A DNA stretch of 64,000 nt, from assembly GCF_009914755.1 (NCBI RefSeq), contig NC_060926.1. One strand, given 5' to 3'. The stretch's first letter is position 1. Each line of letters starts with the position of its first letter. This stretch comes from the human T2T-CHM13v2.0 reference genome, Homo sapiens. The notes beneath the pieces were generated by a model. That model did not search any database and was not told the DNA's origin. It saw only the letters and a program-made list of their open reading frames with translations. Shown piece by piece: positions 13,501 to 28,659 of the stretch. The position numbers and the translations under genes are program-made.

Positions 13501-14015
13501 TTGGTGCTTTTTTGCCTGGACACCAACTACAGTCAAGCTCAGAGCCAAGTCAGGAATAAATTCCCTTTCACAATTGCCACAAGAAGAATAAAATACCTAG
13601 GAATACAGCTAACTAAGGAGGTGAAGGATCTCTATAAGGAGAACTACAAAACGTTGCTCACGGATAGAAAGAATCAATATTATTAAAATTGCCATACTGC
13701 CCAAAGCAATTTATAGCTTCAATGCTATTCCTATTGAACTGCCATTGAGATTCTTCACAGAACTAGCAAAACTATTTTAAAACCAAAAAGAGCCCGAATA
13801 GCCAATGTAATCCTAAGAGAAAGAACAAAGCTGGAGGCATCACACTACCTGACTTCAAACTATACTATAGGTCTACAGTACCAAAACAGCATGGTACTGG
13901 TACAAAAACAGATACATACACCAATGGAACAGAATAGAGAACCCAGAAATAAGACCACACACCTACAACCATCTGATCTTCGACAAACTGACAAAAACAA
14001 GCAATGGGGAAAGAG
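13501..14015 (+). mobile_element. Internal L1 ORF2 fragment (L1P-type), no 3' UTR or polyA
   Basis: Translates to [32 protein letters not shown], then AGGITLPDFKLYY and WNRIENPEI, all L1 ORF2p motifs. Confidence 0.95.
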
Positions 14016-15877
14016 AAGACGACACTTTAAAACAATGATTTTTTAATTTCTTCCAGCTCACTAATTCCAGAGGAGAGAAGCAGAGGTGAAAATGAAGAAA
14101 TAAGGAAAGCAGGAAAGGACGCCCTACATTCCAAAGGGTAAACTGAGAAAACTAGTGTATAAGCAAATCATACCTCATTCCCACTGAGGCCTCTCAGTCT
14201 ACAAGGCATTCTGCAGTGAATTCCACTGCAGACAGGAAGAAAGGGAGATTGCAATTTTAGATATCGGGACTGGATTTTAATTTTATAATACTAAGCCATT
14301 TAAAAATATATTTTTTACTTTAAATCAATAGTCCATTCATATGTTGGAAAAATCCGAACAATGACAAGATATTATCCTATTTCATTTCTTTGATTTCCCT
14401 ATAGGTAACAGCTTTTGTTAAATTCTGGTGGAGTTATTTGTTACATAAAAGTAACAGATTATTGTGTCTCTTATATTTCTTTGTCTATTCTTTCTTATAC
14501 AAAAGTTATATTTAATATGACATCCACTGCTTAATCTTGCTTTTTTCCTTAGCATTTTTAATGCAGATCTTTCTATGTCTATATATCTTTAAAATGAATT
14601 TTCATTCATTTTAACTTTTGTATAATGCTACATGGGGCAGATTATGAAATTTATTAACCACACATGAACATTTTAAGACCTGTAAATTACTTTAGAAGTA
14701 TAGGATCTACCAAATATTATTTCATATTTAACAAAGCATGATTATAGATCATAATTTGAAAAATATCAAGTTTATATCCTACCAAATTCTGTTGTTTAAG
14801 AAAGAGTTTCTCTACTAAAATGTGTATGTTCAGCCTCAAACGTTGTGCTTAGCTTCATACATACAAAAGGTCATTTAGCTATCTCACGAAAGTCTCCAAC
14901 TGAGCAAATTTCAAATTGAACTAATTATCTTTTCACAATAACATGTGCATATTTATTGTACAATTCCCCTCTAAAATAGAACAAGGTCCCTGCTGATGCC
15001 TACTGAAGCAGAATATCATACTTCCCTCCAGTTCCCCCCATAAAGCTACAGAACAGTGCAGATGGGCTGGCTGACTTTAAGGCAAGTCAGAGGGCCCCAG
15101 TACTAGCAATGTGTTTTCTATCTCTCTTAAAATTCTGCTCTGTGAAGCGGTGAGTCATCTCTGACATGGAATCCAGAAGTCTAAGTCTTCAGTCTACCTA
15201 CCCCACCTACCCCAATTCCCCTGGGCAGGTTCCTAAAAGATAACTACACAAAGGAGCAGCCAACCTAGTTAAAACTTTTAAATACTTTGAGATATTTCCC
15301 ACAAAACTAGTGTTGGCAACTAGTAAGGTAGGCTGAACAATGTAGAGAAATGCTTTTGCCTAGGTCTTGGGAAGATTTCATTAATCCACAGTTATAGCAG
15401 CCCATGAGCCTCCCACTTCCATTTTCTGAGGACCTGTTCCTGCCTTGGACTCTGAGGATGAAAAATGCCCATTCAGGGAAGGCCATGCTGAGATAGTTCA
15501 AGCCAGTCAAAGAAATCAATATCTGTTTTAATGCTTAGCATAAGGCAGAGCAATTTTCCAGCAGAAGTAGCACTGACCCCTCTCATAACTTGCAAAGAAG
15601 ACAGAAAAATTTCTAAGGAACCATTCTTATTTTACTCTTAACTATATTCACATGTCAAAGCACTGAGGCTTTATGTTATATGTGGGCTTTCTACATCTGC
15701 CAGAAGCTACTTTGTGTTGTCAATGTTAAAACAGATGTTGGAGAAAAGATGAGACGTATTAATGTAGAGAGAGTTTGGGTAATAAAAATGACCTCTGAGA
15801 CAAAGTAAATGGGTTTTAATTAAGTGAAACAAGTCACAGCTGAAGCATAACTTCGGAAAATCCTAAAACTGAGAATG

Positions 15878-16312
15878 GCACACCGTCACTTCTGTGTTGT
15901 TCTTGCCAAAAATTCACAACCTTATTCTAATCATGGAAAAACGTTAGACAAACCCAGATTGAGACACATTCTGCAAAATAACTGACCAATACTTTTTAAA
16001 AATGTCAATGTCATGAAAGACCAGAAAACACTGAAGAAATAAGATGAGTGGGGACTGACAACTAAATGCAACGAAATGCAATTTAGGATCCTGGATTGGA
16101 TCCTAGAACTGAAAACATTAGTGAGAAAAGTGGGAAAGTTTTAATATAAGATGTAACTTGGTTAATAGAATTGTACAAATGTTAATTTTCTGATTTTGAT
16201 TGTTGCATTATTGTTATGTAAAGCATTGACATTAGGGGAATTTGGGTAAGTGGTGTACAATGACTCTTAATTTTCATCTCTTCTATAAATCTAAAATTAT
16301 CAAAAACATTTA
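15878..16312 (+). mobile_element. L1MC/L1ME-type 3' end
   Basis: CACCGTCACTTCTGTG...TCTAATCATGG...AGACAAACCCAGATTGAG...GGATCCTGGATTGGATCCTAGAAC matches old L1M 3' UTRs. Confidence 0.8.
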
Positions 16313-16579
16313 AGAGTAATACAATGAGATATATCTTATATATGCTACATATGTATGTACATATTCTCTCTACATATACGTACTCTTTCTCACTCTCTCA
16401 CTTATGCTTACACACATGACATACTGAAAACATTTCTGCTACAAATCACATAAAAAAGCAGAAAATAATAGTATCTTCACAAAGAGGAAGCTAACAAAGG
16501 TAAAGTAAGTATGATAAGCATGAATTGTACTGATGTCATAACTTTTCCAAGAGAATTTACTGATACTGATCACCAAGAG

Positions 16580-16763
16580 TAGTAGTTCTCAAGCCTTGGT
16601 GTGCATCAGAACGTGGAGACCTTCTTAAAACGCACATGGCTAGGCTCCACTATCAGAATTTCTAACTCAGTAGGTCTGGATTAGGGTCTAGAAAGTTACA
16701 TTTCTAACAAGCTTTGTGGTGATGTGATGCTGCTGGTCCAGAGAAACCACAATGAGAACCTGT
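16580..16763. mobile_element. MER5A hAT-Charlie MITE
   Basis: AGTAGTTCTCAAGCCTTGG...CATTTCTAACAAGC...GATGCTGCTGGTCCAGAGA...TGAGAAC. Confidence 0.8.
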
Positions 16764-16879
16764 GAGAAGTGATGGACTAGTGGGTAAAGCTGATGCCATC
16801 TAGTCTCTCACGACCACTACTCCACCTGCACAAATCTCATAAGGGTTATGATTTTACTTGAGCTATCTACTGATAGCTA

Positions 16880-17620
16880 TTACTCAGAATGCAACTCAGA
16901 GATGTAAAAAAATCTCAAAGATAGGCTAATAAATGAAGAATATAAAATTAGTAGATCTAATATTTATGTAATTGAAGTTCTAAAAAAACAGAATAAGCAG
17001 AGTATGAGAAAAGCAGTATTTAGGCAAAAAATGGTTGCAAATTTCACAGAATTTCTGTAGGGCATGAATCTTCAGAATTAAGGAGTATAATGAACAGCAA
17101 ACATGACAGATAGAATGAAATCTATGCTTTAAAAGATTGATATGAAACCAGAGAGCACCAAAGACAAAGAAAAGATCTTCAAGGCAGCTAGAGAAAAAAG
17201 TCGGAATAACTACAGAGGAAAGAGAGGCTACAGTAAATCTTTTGACATGAAAATGGAGGCCAGAAAGCAGTGACATATTAAAATGAAAGCATTGAGAAAA
17301 AACAGTGGTAATCCTGGAGTTGTATACCACAGTCTTTCAAAAACAACAAACAAATGAAAAAATTTTCTGACAAAAAATATATATTACCCATTAACTCTCA
17401 CTAAAGGATAAGCTTCAGAAGGAAGAAAAAATAGATGAAAGAAGAAACAATGAGCAAAAAAAATAGGTATATATAGGTGACAAAAATGTGTAAAATAATA
17501 ACAATAATGTCTAACAAGATAGAACAATGCAGAAAATGATTACTAAAAACATGACACATAAGAATAAACAGTTGAAGTAAATCAATGTTGTATTGTTCAC
17601 AATGATGCTTGTAAACAATC
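16880..17620 (+). mobile_element. Old L1M ORF1 remnant
   Basis: A-rich; AGATCTAATATTTATGTAATTGAAGTTC and ACCAAAGACAAAGAAAAGATCTTCAAGGCAGCTAGAGAAAAA (KDKEKIFKAAREK, L1 ORF1p). Confidence 0.8.
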
Positions 17621-17789
17621 ATCTGAATGATTCTGTCTGCTGGTATTCTATTAATAATGTAATAGTTATTTTTAAAAACCCTGCACTTAAGAGATCTCAG
17701 AAAGGAAACAGGTATTTAGAGAGAATATTATAAAAGTAATAAATTACAAACTATTAATGGAAAAAAGCTTTTAGGGTTTTGGCTAAAAT

Positions 17790-18660
<871 letters not shown>

Positions 18661-18664
18661 GACA

Positions 18665-21050
18665 AAGTCTATTTTGTCTGAGGTAAGTATAACTATCCCT
18701 GCTGTCTTTTGTTTACCATTTGCATAGGATATATTTTCCATCCCGTCACTTTCAGTACATATGTATCCTAATATCTAAGGTGAGCCTCCTGTTGATAGCA
18801 TATAGTCGAATCTTATTATCTGTTCAACCATGTAATGTCTTTTGACTGGTGAGTTTAATTTATAGTAATTACTGATAGGAAATAATTTACTATTTCCATT
18901 TTGTTAATTATTTTCTATCTTTTTAAATAGTCTTTTCTGTTTCTCCTTTTCTCTCTTACTGCCATCCTATGGGTTTTGTTGTTTTTTCATAGTAATATTT
19001 TTAAATTTCTTATTTCTTTCTCTTTTTCTTTTGTGCATCTTTAGTATGTATTATTTTTTGTGGTTACCATAAAATTTCAAAAATATACTCTATAGTCACA
19101 CAGCATATTGTAAGCTAATAACAATTTTACTCACAGAAAAAAATTACAATTTTACTTCTTCGCCCACATACCTTATTTTATTGATGTCATAATTTGCATA
19201 TTTTTGCATTATTAATCCATTAGCAAATTTTTATAGTTATTCTTTATATTTTTCTCTGTTAACTTTTATTCTAAAATTGAAAGTGATATACATACCATTT
19301 TAGTATTATAGTATTCTGAAACAAATATATATACACATTTATATTTATATAAACAAACACATATATTTCATATAGTCACTTTTACTAGTGAATTTTATAC
19401 TTCCAAATGCGATTTTTTGCTATTTAGCATCCTTTTATTTCAAGTTGAAGAACTTTCTTTAGCTTCTTGTTAAGCAGGTCTTGTGGTGATGTCCTTCCTC
19501 GGCTTTTGTCTGTGGGAAAGTTTTTATCTCTCCATTTTTGAAGGACAGTTTTGCCAGGTATACTATTCTTAGTTGACCATTTTTTTTCTTCCAGCCTTTT
19601 GAATATATAATCCCACTTCCTTCTGTCTTGCAAGGTTTCTGCTGAGAAATCTTCTAATAGTCTCTTAGAGGCTCTTTCGTACATGAAGAGTTATTTTTCT
19701 CTTCATGCTTTCAAAATTCTCTTTGACTTTTGAGCATTTGACTGTAGTGTATCTTAGTACAGACTTTTTTGAGTTCAAAACATATTTGGAATTTTGGGGG
19801 CTTCATGAATCAGTGTTCATTTTCCTCCATAGATTTGGGAAGTTTTCAGCTATTAATTCTTTAAATAAGCTTTCTGAATCTTCTCTCTCTCCTGCAGAAA
19901 CTCCCATGATGTGTATATTGGCTCTATTAGCTGTGTCCTATAAGTTCTATAAGCTTTCTGCAGTTTTCAAAAAAACTATTTCTGCCTTTTACGCTCCTGG
20001 ACTAGAAATTTCAAATGACCTATCTTCAATTTTATTGATTCCTTTTTCTGCTTGATCAAGTCTGCCTTTGAAGCTCTCTATTGAATTTTTCCATTCAGTT
20101 ATGGTATTCTTCTGCTCTAGAATTTGTTTTATGTAATAGTTTCTATATATTTGTTGATATTCTAATTTTCATTATGTATTGTTTTCCTCGTATCACTTAA
20201 TTTTCTGTGTTCTTATGTAGCTTAGTGACTTTTATGATTATTTTTAATTATTGCTCAGGCAGTTTATAGATCTATATTTTTTGTCCAGGTCAGTTAATGA
20301 AGACTTTGTTTTTTCCTTTTGGTGTAATATAGTTTCCCAATTCGTCACATTTCTAGTAGCTCTGTGTTGATGTTGGCACATTTGAAGAAGTAACTACCTC
20401 TTCCAATCTTAATGGACTGCTTTCAGTAGAAAAAAAGACTATCACAAGTCAGCCTAGCTAGAGATTCTGGGAATCTCTGAAATGTTTTCAGTGGACGTGC
20501 ATGGGATGCTCCACTCCTCCCCCAATGAAGTTTGTGTGCATTCTCCCAATCTCAGAGAGAAATGCAAGTCTCTGTAAACCTCTGATCCCCTTTCTCTATG
20601 GCAGTGAACTATGTTAGATGTAGCGTGCAATCTCTACTTCTGTCCCTTCTTTCTAAACGAAAAGATTCTAAGTTGTTTGCCTTCTTCTATCCTATGAAGC
20701 TGTGACAGCTGATGAGAGCTGCCTGTCCTTTTTCCCTTGGGCAGTACACTGAAATGCCAGAACATCTAGTGAAATCACCACTTCTCCCCCTGTCTCCATA
20801 AAGAGATGTCTCATGATTGTGCGCCCTCAATCTCAATCCCAAAGAATCATGCTGGCTGCTGAGAGCTGCCTGCCCCCTTTCCCTAGGAGAGTGCACTGGG
20901 ATACTGGGGGGCTGGGTGCAAGTTCCACTTCTCTCCCCTTCTTCTGAAGAAGTCTCAAGATTGTGCACCTTCTCTCAGTCCCGCAACACCTGCAAGCTGC
21001 TTGACCATGTGTTTTAAGTATATCCCCAGCTGGAACAACAGAAATTCCCA
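18665..21050 (-). mobile_element. L1M 5' half (5' UTR, ORF1, start of ORF2), decayed
   Basis: Minus-strand ORF 19424-19684 contains DFSAETLQDRRKWDYIFK (ORF1p). An endonuclease-like segment lies at 18670-18850 and an internally repeated 5' UTR at 20690-21000. Confidence 0.85.
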
Positions 21051-21932
21051 GGAAAGACACATGACCTTTTCATTCTTTGTAGAAATGACATTAATGACTT
21101 ACCTGAGCATACAGCATTTCAGTAATTACAACAACCCAATAGAATTTTGCAGCATTGCTAACTGGTTGGCATGTCAAAAATGACAAATTTCAGGCTCAGC
21201 AATCTTTTCATGTAATTCTTATGAAAGCTACGGAGAAAGGAGAATGAAAAGCATCTAACACAAAGCTTTCCTTCTCTTTTATTTCTTCCTCTTTTTAGTT
21301 ACCTCTCATACTAGCTAAGAATAACTAGGAAGCAACTAGGAAGAGTAACTTAAGAACTTATAGCTGCAGAGGTTCAAAACCAACTGCACTCTATTTAAAG
21401 TAAATGTGAGTCCAAGTGCCACACTCCACACACCCAGGCATGAGAGCGGGATAGTTATTCATAAATCTCATGCTGGTCTAAGGAAGCAAGACTCTGGAGC
21501 ATGATAGATGTGTATCAAGTCTCTCATGAACCTATTTCTGGAGATATGTGTCTACTTACAAGAGCAAGAGGCCCACAGTCGTGTGATCCAGCACTCATTC
21601 ATGCATTCAATAAGCTTATTTAGTGCCATCTGTATGCAAGTCACCTTGTAAAACTTGCATGATTTAGAACATTAGCTTATTAAGACCTGCTCCCTAGATC
21701 AATTCTATGTGTAGAAAAAGGCAATAATAATTAACATATCATGATTTAAAGAATGCTACAAGGCCTCCTCTATTCAAAACTGTACCTTCTCATGGCTTAG
21801 TGTGGCTTTATTTGCTCCTCTTTTTTTTTTTTAATCTCATGTTCTTGCATTAGAAATATTTTCTTTCCTTAGGCAACCAAAAAAAGAGAAGTTTTATTTC
21901 ATTATTCAATAATAATTATTATTATATGTATA

Positions 21933-22548
<616 letters not shown>

Positions 22549-22884
22549 TAATAATAACAACCTTATGGCATCTACCCTGTCTTACCTCTGTGACTCCATG
22601 TTTGGATCCTATATATGCCCATATATCTTTTTAACTTTTTTTAATTTTTGCAAAAAATTGCAGTGCAACAAAAGAGCCCTAACAGATATAAGTGAGGATC
22701 AGTTCATCAGATCAGTTCATTATTTTCTAAGACCGTGCAAATCCTAGAAGTATCAGAAACAAGGCAGCTCATTTTACAGCATGGCCACCATAAGAAAATT
22801 AGTTTGGTGAGGGGAAGGTTTAGAACGGAGTGGCCACCATAAGGAAAAGTAGACAAGATCAGGAATTGACTACATTCTGGGATT

Positions 22885-23095
22885 CACCCATTCAACCAAT
22901 GTTTATTTAGCACTACTCTATGCCAGGCCTATGATAAAGGTGCTAGGGATACATCAAAAAAGATGACAGACATGGCCACTGATTTCATCTTTGTGAGATA
23001 GACCTAATGAAGATCAAGTAAACACATAAATAATAAAATCAATATTGTAATTACTGCTGTGAAAGAAACAAGACAGATGCAATAGTACAAAGATA
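22885..23095 (-). mobile_element. L2 3' end fragment
   Basis: TTCACCCATTCAACCAATGTTTATTTAGCACTACTCTATGCCAGGC...GTGCTAGGGATACA is the reverse L2 tail. Confidence 0.7.
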
Positions 23096-25244
23096 CATTA
23101 ATAGTTATCTAGCTAGAGAGTGACATTGAACAAGAATATTTTTTACTACTTCATAAAAAGCAAGACAATACAGAAATAGGCCATAACATTGAGGGAAGAG
23201 GAGATAAGGAAAACAAGAAACGAAGGAAGCAAAGTTATCTAATCACACTTGATGCCACTTAAAAGTGACTTTGGACCTCAAAAGTATAGCTCCTAGCTCT
23301 ATGGGCTAGTACTCAAAGAAATCTTATGGACACAGTGGTTGGGAATCTATAAGAATGCATCTCTGAGAATTATCCCAATAGCCCAGTAAGGGCTGGCAAT
23401 AAAAACATGAAGAATTGCATGATGGGGAAGGCCAACAGCAGCCTCATAAACTGTGGACAGTGAGCTGAATTAAATCTGTAAGTACATCTCCATGCTCTGA
23501 TGCCTCAAGTGCTGAAAGATGAATGAAGTCAGGTTATACCATTCATTACTGCCAAATAATTATCTATTCCAGAATATGTTTACTTGGCAATTCATACAGC
23601 ATAAGATGATTCTGGATTATTAAATGTTTAGAGTGTGAAGAGATCGTATGTTGCAATTTTAAAGATTACTATGTTAAGAAAGTAGCATTTTCATATAGTT
23701 GGGATCTGTTACAAACTGTAAGAATATCATCCTTGCACCCTGCTCTCCATACTGCCACTCCCTGTCAAGGAGAGGATCGTAGTAGAATAAAGTTAGGCTC
23801 ACTGTCCTAAAGGATCAAGTTGCCCAGTGATGTAGAAAGAAACTACCTTAGCAGTAACCAAGTCACATAATGATCATGCAGTCAAAAATTATGACACCAA
23901 ATTTGGATATTAGGTTTGAGTGACACAGGCTTATTTCTATGCTACTCCCAAACCTGAAAAAGAACAAAAAGCAGGAAATTCTGACTCTGAGACCATCTGA
24001 CCAAGAAATTCTTATTTCTGCATAAGGCTGAGGTTCCTGCGCTTTATCAGCATCTCTGTTAAAATATCAGAGAGATATCGGAAGACTACCAGGAATTAAT
24101 AGATTGCATGTGTATTCTCTTGCATTGCTTATTTGTTGATTGAATAACCAAACACTTGAAAATAATTTTAGTTAAGACACTGTCATCATTCTCTCAAGAC
24201 ATTGAAATAGGGCAAGTGTAGTCCAGTCCAACTCAGTATAGTAAATATGAAATTTCATTTTAGAAGACTGCTCCATTAATCAGAGTCTAGTGCTTAGATT
24301 CTTTCCAAGAAGCCATAGAGCATAACCTTTCCCCAGGGTGTCTTTAAATGTTTTGTCTCCAAAGAAGCACCATTATGGAAAATCCAAATCATCAAGAGAT
24401 AGACAACTTTGTCATTGACAGAGAAACAGTGAGGTCCACAAGGGATGTAAAAAAAATGTTCAAGATATTTGATGTATGGTAGTATGTAAATTAAAGGAAG
24501 GAATGGACTATACCCCCAAACCTCAGACAGCTATTTCCTATTTATTGCATAGGATATCAATTCCTGAGGCTTAAATAATCTCATCTTGGTGAATTCCATA
24601 CTAGAAAGAACAGCCGTATGATCTGGTAGGTCCTAGTTTAACTCTTAGTAATATGAATTACTTATTTTCTCATTCATTCCACAGTTATTTACTAGAGTCA
24701 GCATAGATGTGCTTGTGACACAGCCTGGGGATCAGTGACGCTTCCTTTAAGGAGTCTTCATCGGAGATTGGAAGGATGAGGAGTTAAATAAGCAATTCTG
24801 GGAATGTGAGAGAGTTCCAGACAGAGAGAACCATCTTTACAAAAAAAGCTGTATATTTTTCATCTCACTGGCAAATATCACAAAGTTTAGTAAGCATATG
24901 GAGACAAAATTCTCTTTTACACTGCTGATGTGTGTAAATCAGGAAATGCTCATAAAAACAATTTGGAAAAATAAAATAATTACAAATCCACATAGTTTTT
25001 GATCTATTAATTTAGCATCTATGACTGCAACCTTTTAATGTATTCATGTAATATGACAAATGTAGTCATAACAAAATTTTGGGGTGGTAATTCAAAAAGA
25101 TTAGAAACCATTTAATCTTTATCAATGGGGGAGGCTAGATCAATAACACATACAAAGAAAGGAATAACACAAAGCTTCATATGGTCATAAAAAGAAAGAT
25201 TAAGTGTTATATGAACCAATACGTCATTTTCTCTTGTATAGACA

Positions 25245-25692
25245 CTGTTAGGATCCTGCCCAGATCCTCTTCACTGGGCTAGTAAGCATAATCCTGAGCT
25301 ATGTTGAGTGTCCTCTACTAACTAGGTTTGCACCCTGCCCTTGAGAATTACCCTCAAACGAGCACTTCCACCTCAATGAGAGATGTCTGTGATATTACAC
25401 AATCTCCAAGGGTTTAAAGGATGGTCTGCAGGCAATATCTGACTAATTTTAGCTAATAAAAGCCAGACCCCTTGCCCAAAGGCAGGACAGTCTGCAGTGT
25501 GATTATTCTTCAGAGCATTGTGTGGGAACAGGCTGGATGAAGCTTAACTGAAGCCAGACTCACACCAGCCCCTGTCTTCTACTCCTGCTCTGTCCTCCAT
25601 CTCTCACTCTCTTATGGGTTTTCCACCTGAGAGCATTCACTTGAACACAAATCCCCATCTTGGGACCTGCTTCTAAAGAACCTGACCTAGGA
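25245..25692 (+). mobile_element. LTR16-family (ERVL) solo LTR
   Basis: CCCAGATCCTCTTCACTGGGC...AAAGCCAGACCCCTTGCCCAAAGGCAGGACAGTC...CTGCTTCTAAAGAACCTGACCTA resembles LTR16. Confidence 0.7.
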
Positions 25693-26992
25693 GGTTTGTA
25701 TTTTTATTTATTTTTTAAAATCTCTCATTCCATAAAATATACAGAACCAAATTTTGTCAGAAGAACAAAAGTAATTGAGGAATAGGAAAAAACAGTGTGA
25801 GCTGTAGACAACTGGGCTAGAAAGATCTGTCTGCTTTTTCAAAAGAGTTTCAAAAACACCCTCTTTGAAAGCTGAACAATCAGTCCTAATCCTTAAATGT
25901 CCACATTAAAAAAAAAAAAATTCCTACTATCTCAAAACTCTCACCAAATTTTCTGCAGCAGTTCTTGGCAAGTTGATCCCTTCCCCGAGGGAAAGTAGAT
26001 TCTTAAAACCTCTCACAGCAGAAAGCTATGGCCACACAAAGCCTCCATATAAGATAACACACAACTGGAATAGGTGGGAAAAACAACCCAAACTGAAACA
26101 AAACAAAAGCAAATAGAAAACCTGGTCCTGGGAACAATATCCATAGAATATACTCAAAATCAAATGGTCAGAGATACAATGCATACTTGTTTCTATCAAT
26201 TCTGTTCTGATTACCATCCCATTGTTTAGTCCTCTTCTATCTATCCTTGTAGGCCTGCAAGTTATATTTTTGGAATGGTTATTTCAAGCTCTGAATAAGC
26301 ATTCATGATATGTTTTTGCCCATTGGAAACCTATGACAAATGATCATTTCAACAGTGTTGAGCTGCCTTTCAGTCTGCATTAAACAAGTGGGGTTGAGCC
26401 ACCATATATATAGTTCCTATTTTTTGTTAGAAATTTGAAAATTATAAACTATACCTAAGGGTATTCAATGGTCTGCTCCCTTATCTGTGTTTGAAAAGCC
26501 TATTTTGTGAAAGTCCAGAAATATTCTCTCATAGCCATTTAATGCTGTGGGTCCCTAAACAATGGTGATTGATTTTGTTTGGTCTGGCAAACACAAATTA
26601 TCCCATAATCATTTTAGCCTGCCAGCTATGCTTACATTGACTTGTTTGTGTTTCAGAGAAGAAAATGCAGTAACTGTCATGAAAAATGGAAAGGGTTAGA
26701 GGCAAATAAAAGATTTATCTGTGCTGAGGAAAAATGCAGCTACTTTAATTTTCTACACCAAATGAGTTTCATTTGATATCAAAGAAAAGTGAATTCGAAA
26801 ATAGAAGTGAGCACTTCAGTTTTCAAGTAAACTGATCCTTTAGACATCCATTATGAGTTTTGAGTCACTGGCCTGCTCTGTGCCAGAAAAAAAAAAAAAA
26901 AAAATAGCAAACCCTAAATGGGATAACAGTTTCTGCAGTTTTTGTCCTAAAAACACTGTTCCTTGTAATGATATCACAGAAATCCAGTAATG

Positions 26993-26997
<5 letters not shown>

Positions 26998-27027
<30 letters not shown>
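26998..27027 (+). repeat. (CA)15 microsatellite
   Basis: Pure CA run seen directly. Confidence 0.97.
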
Positions 27028-27028
<1 letters not shown>

Positions 27029-28659
27029 CCTCATAAACCTTGAAAACTAGCAAGTAAAACGGACATTAAATAAATGTTTGAAAGAAGGAAAAAAAGAAAG
27101 AAAATAGGAAAAAGGGTAAAGAAAAAGGAAATAAGGAAAGAGAAAGTGGAGAAAGTAATGTCTTTCATTTAAATAGCTGATGCCTGTCTCATTCTATGTC
27201 ATATTTCCAATATAGCATAGTGGAAAACTAGAGCTTTCTTCTGCTAGTATCCTTTTCTAGGCATCCATTTTGTTAACTGAAAATGAGCAGGCAGGACTAC
27301 TTCTTTTCCTAGAACCCCTTGGTGTTGACCTCCTACGATTCTAAAGTAATTTCTACAACAGCAGGCATTTGATAAATGCCCTACAGTACCAGCTAGAAGG
27401 CTGATAAAACCAATAGGGTACAAAGTTCCCAGGGAACTGTGCATGGTCTGAAAAGTAATAGTCATTGAAATATTCCAACAAAAAAGAGAAAGGTGTCAAG
27501 TCAGCAATTTGGAAATACCCTTTGGGGTAAAATAAGAAACAATTACATTCTATCAGGCATTTCTGAGCAGTTCATCTTGACAGCCTTTGCCATTTCAGCT
27601 TTGTCTCTCAAGCATACACCACCCACATTAGCCCTAATTGCTCTTTCCTTTGGATACTCTAAGTTCTTCTGACTTGGCTGGGAAAGTTTAATTGCAAAGT
27701 GTCATCTACTTTCACAATATTTTTCATTGCTTGACTCAACCTTCATTTAGTAATTGATAACAATAATATAGACAAATGCACAATGTTCTTATTAATGACC
27801 ATTTTACACAAAAACAAAACAAAAATAATAATACCTGCCTACTTCTTTTGTTATACAGTGTTGTTGAGGGTGTTTCAGGAATCAAATATGAGTAGGTACC
27901 TGTGTTTCCAATGTTTATCTCTATAGGAAATTTATGTAAGCATTAGTTTCAGGATAATTATCATAATACCATGTAGGACAGTAAACACTATTTGATTTTC
28001 ATTCAGGCCTATGTATACATTCAAATTAATTCAACATCTATTAAGTACTTTATATTATTAGGCCACTCATCAAAATTTTGGAATTTTATGGAAGGGATGT
28101 GGAGGATAACAAAATGAATGCATAGTGTTCAAGTTTTAATAATATAATGTTCCATATTTAACTTCTCAAAGATAAGTCATATCCAGCATCTACTTTAGTC
28201 CTTCTAGCAACCTCCTGTGGTAAGCAGTGCATGGATTTTTTTTTTCTTTTAATAGGCATAGAAAAAACCAGATAAATCATGACTTTTCCAAGTTGCTGGA
28301 AATCTGTGGAATAATCAGCATTAAAACACTATGCTTCTTATGAAAAACAAAAGCTTCTTATATACTAGATTAAATCAATTTGCTACCAGGCTGGGGTTCA
28401 AAGACGCAAGCACAACACAATAGTATTAAGGAGAATAAAATACTTCATATTATGTGTCAGATAAAACATCTGATTTGATGATTCACCAAATAGTCATTGG
28501 GAAAATAATATGTCAAGCACTATGTTAGGCATTGGAAATAAGTAATTAATAAGATGTAATCTCTATCCTACAGAATCTTGCAGGTTGTTTCTATTATGAA
28601 AGGCAGAATAAACCATAAAACATAAGACAAAAATGTTTGTAGCAATATTTCAAAAATAA

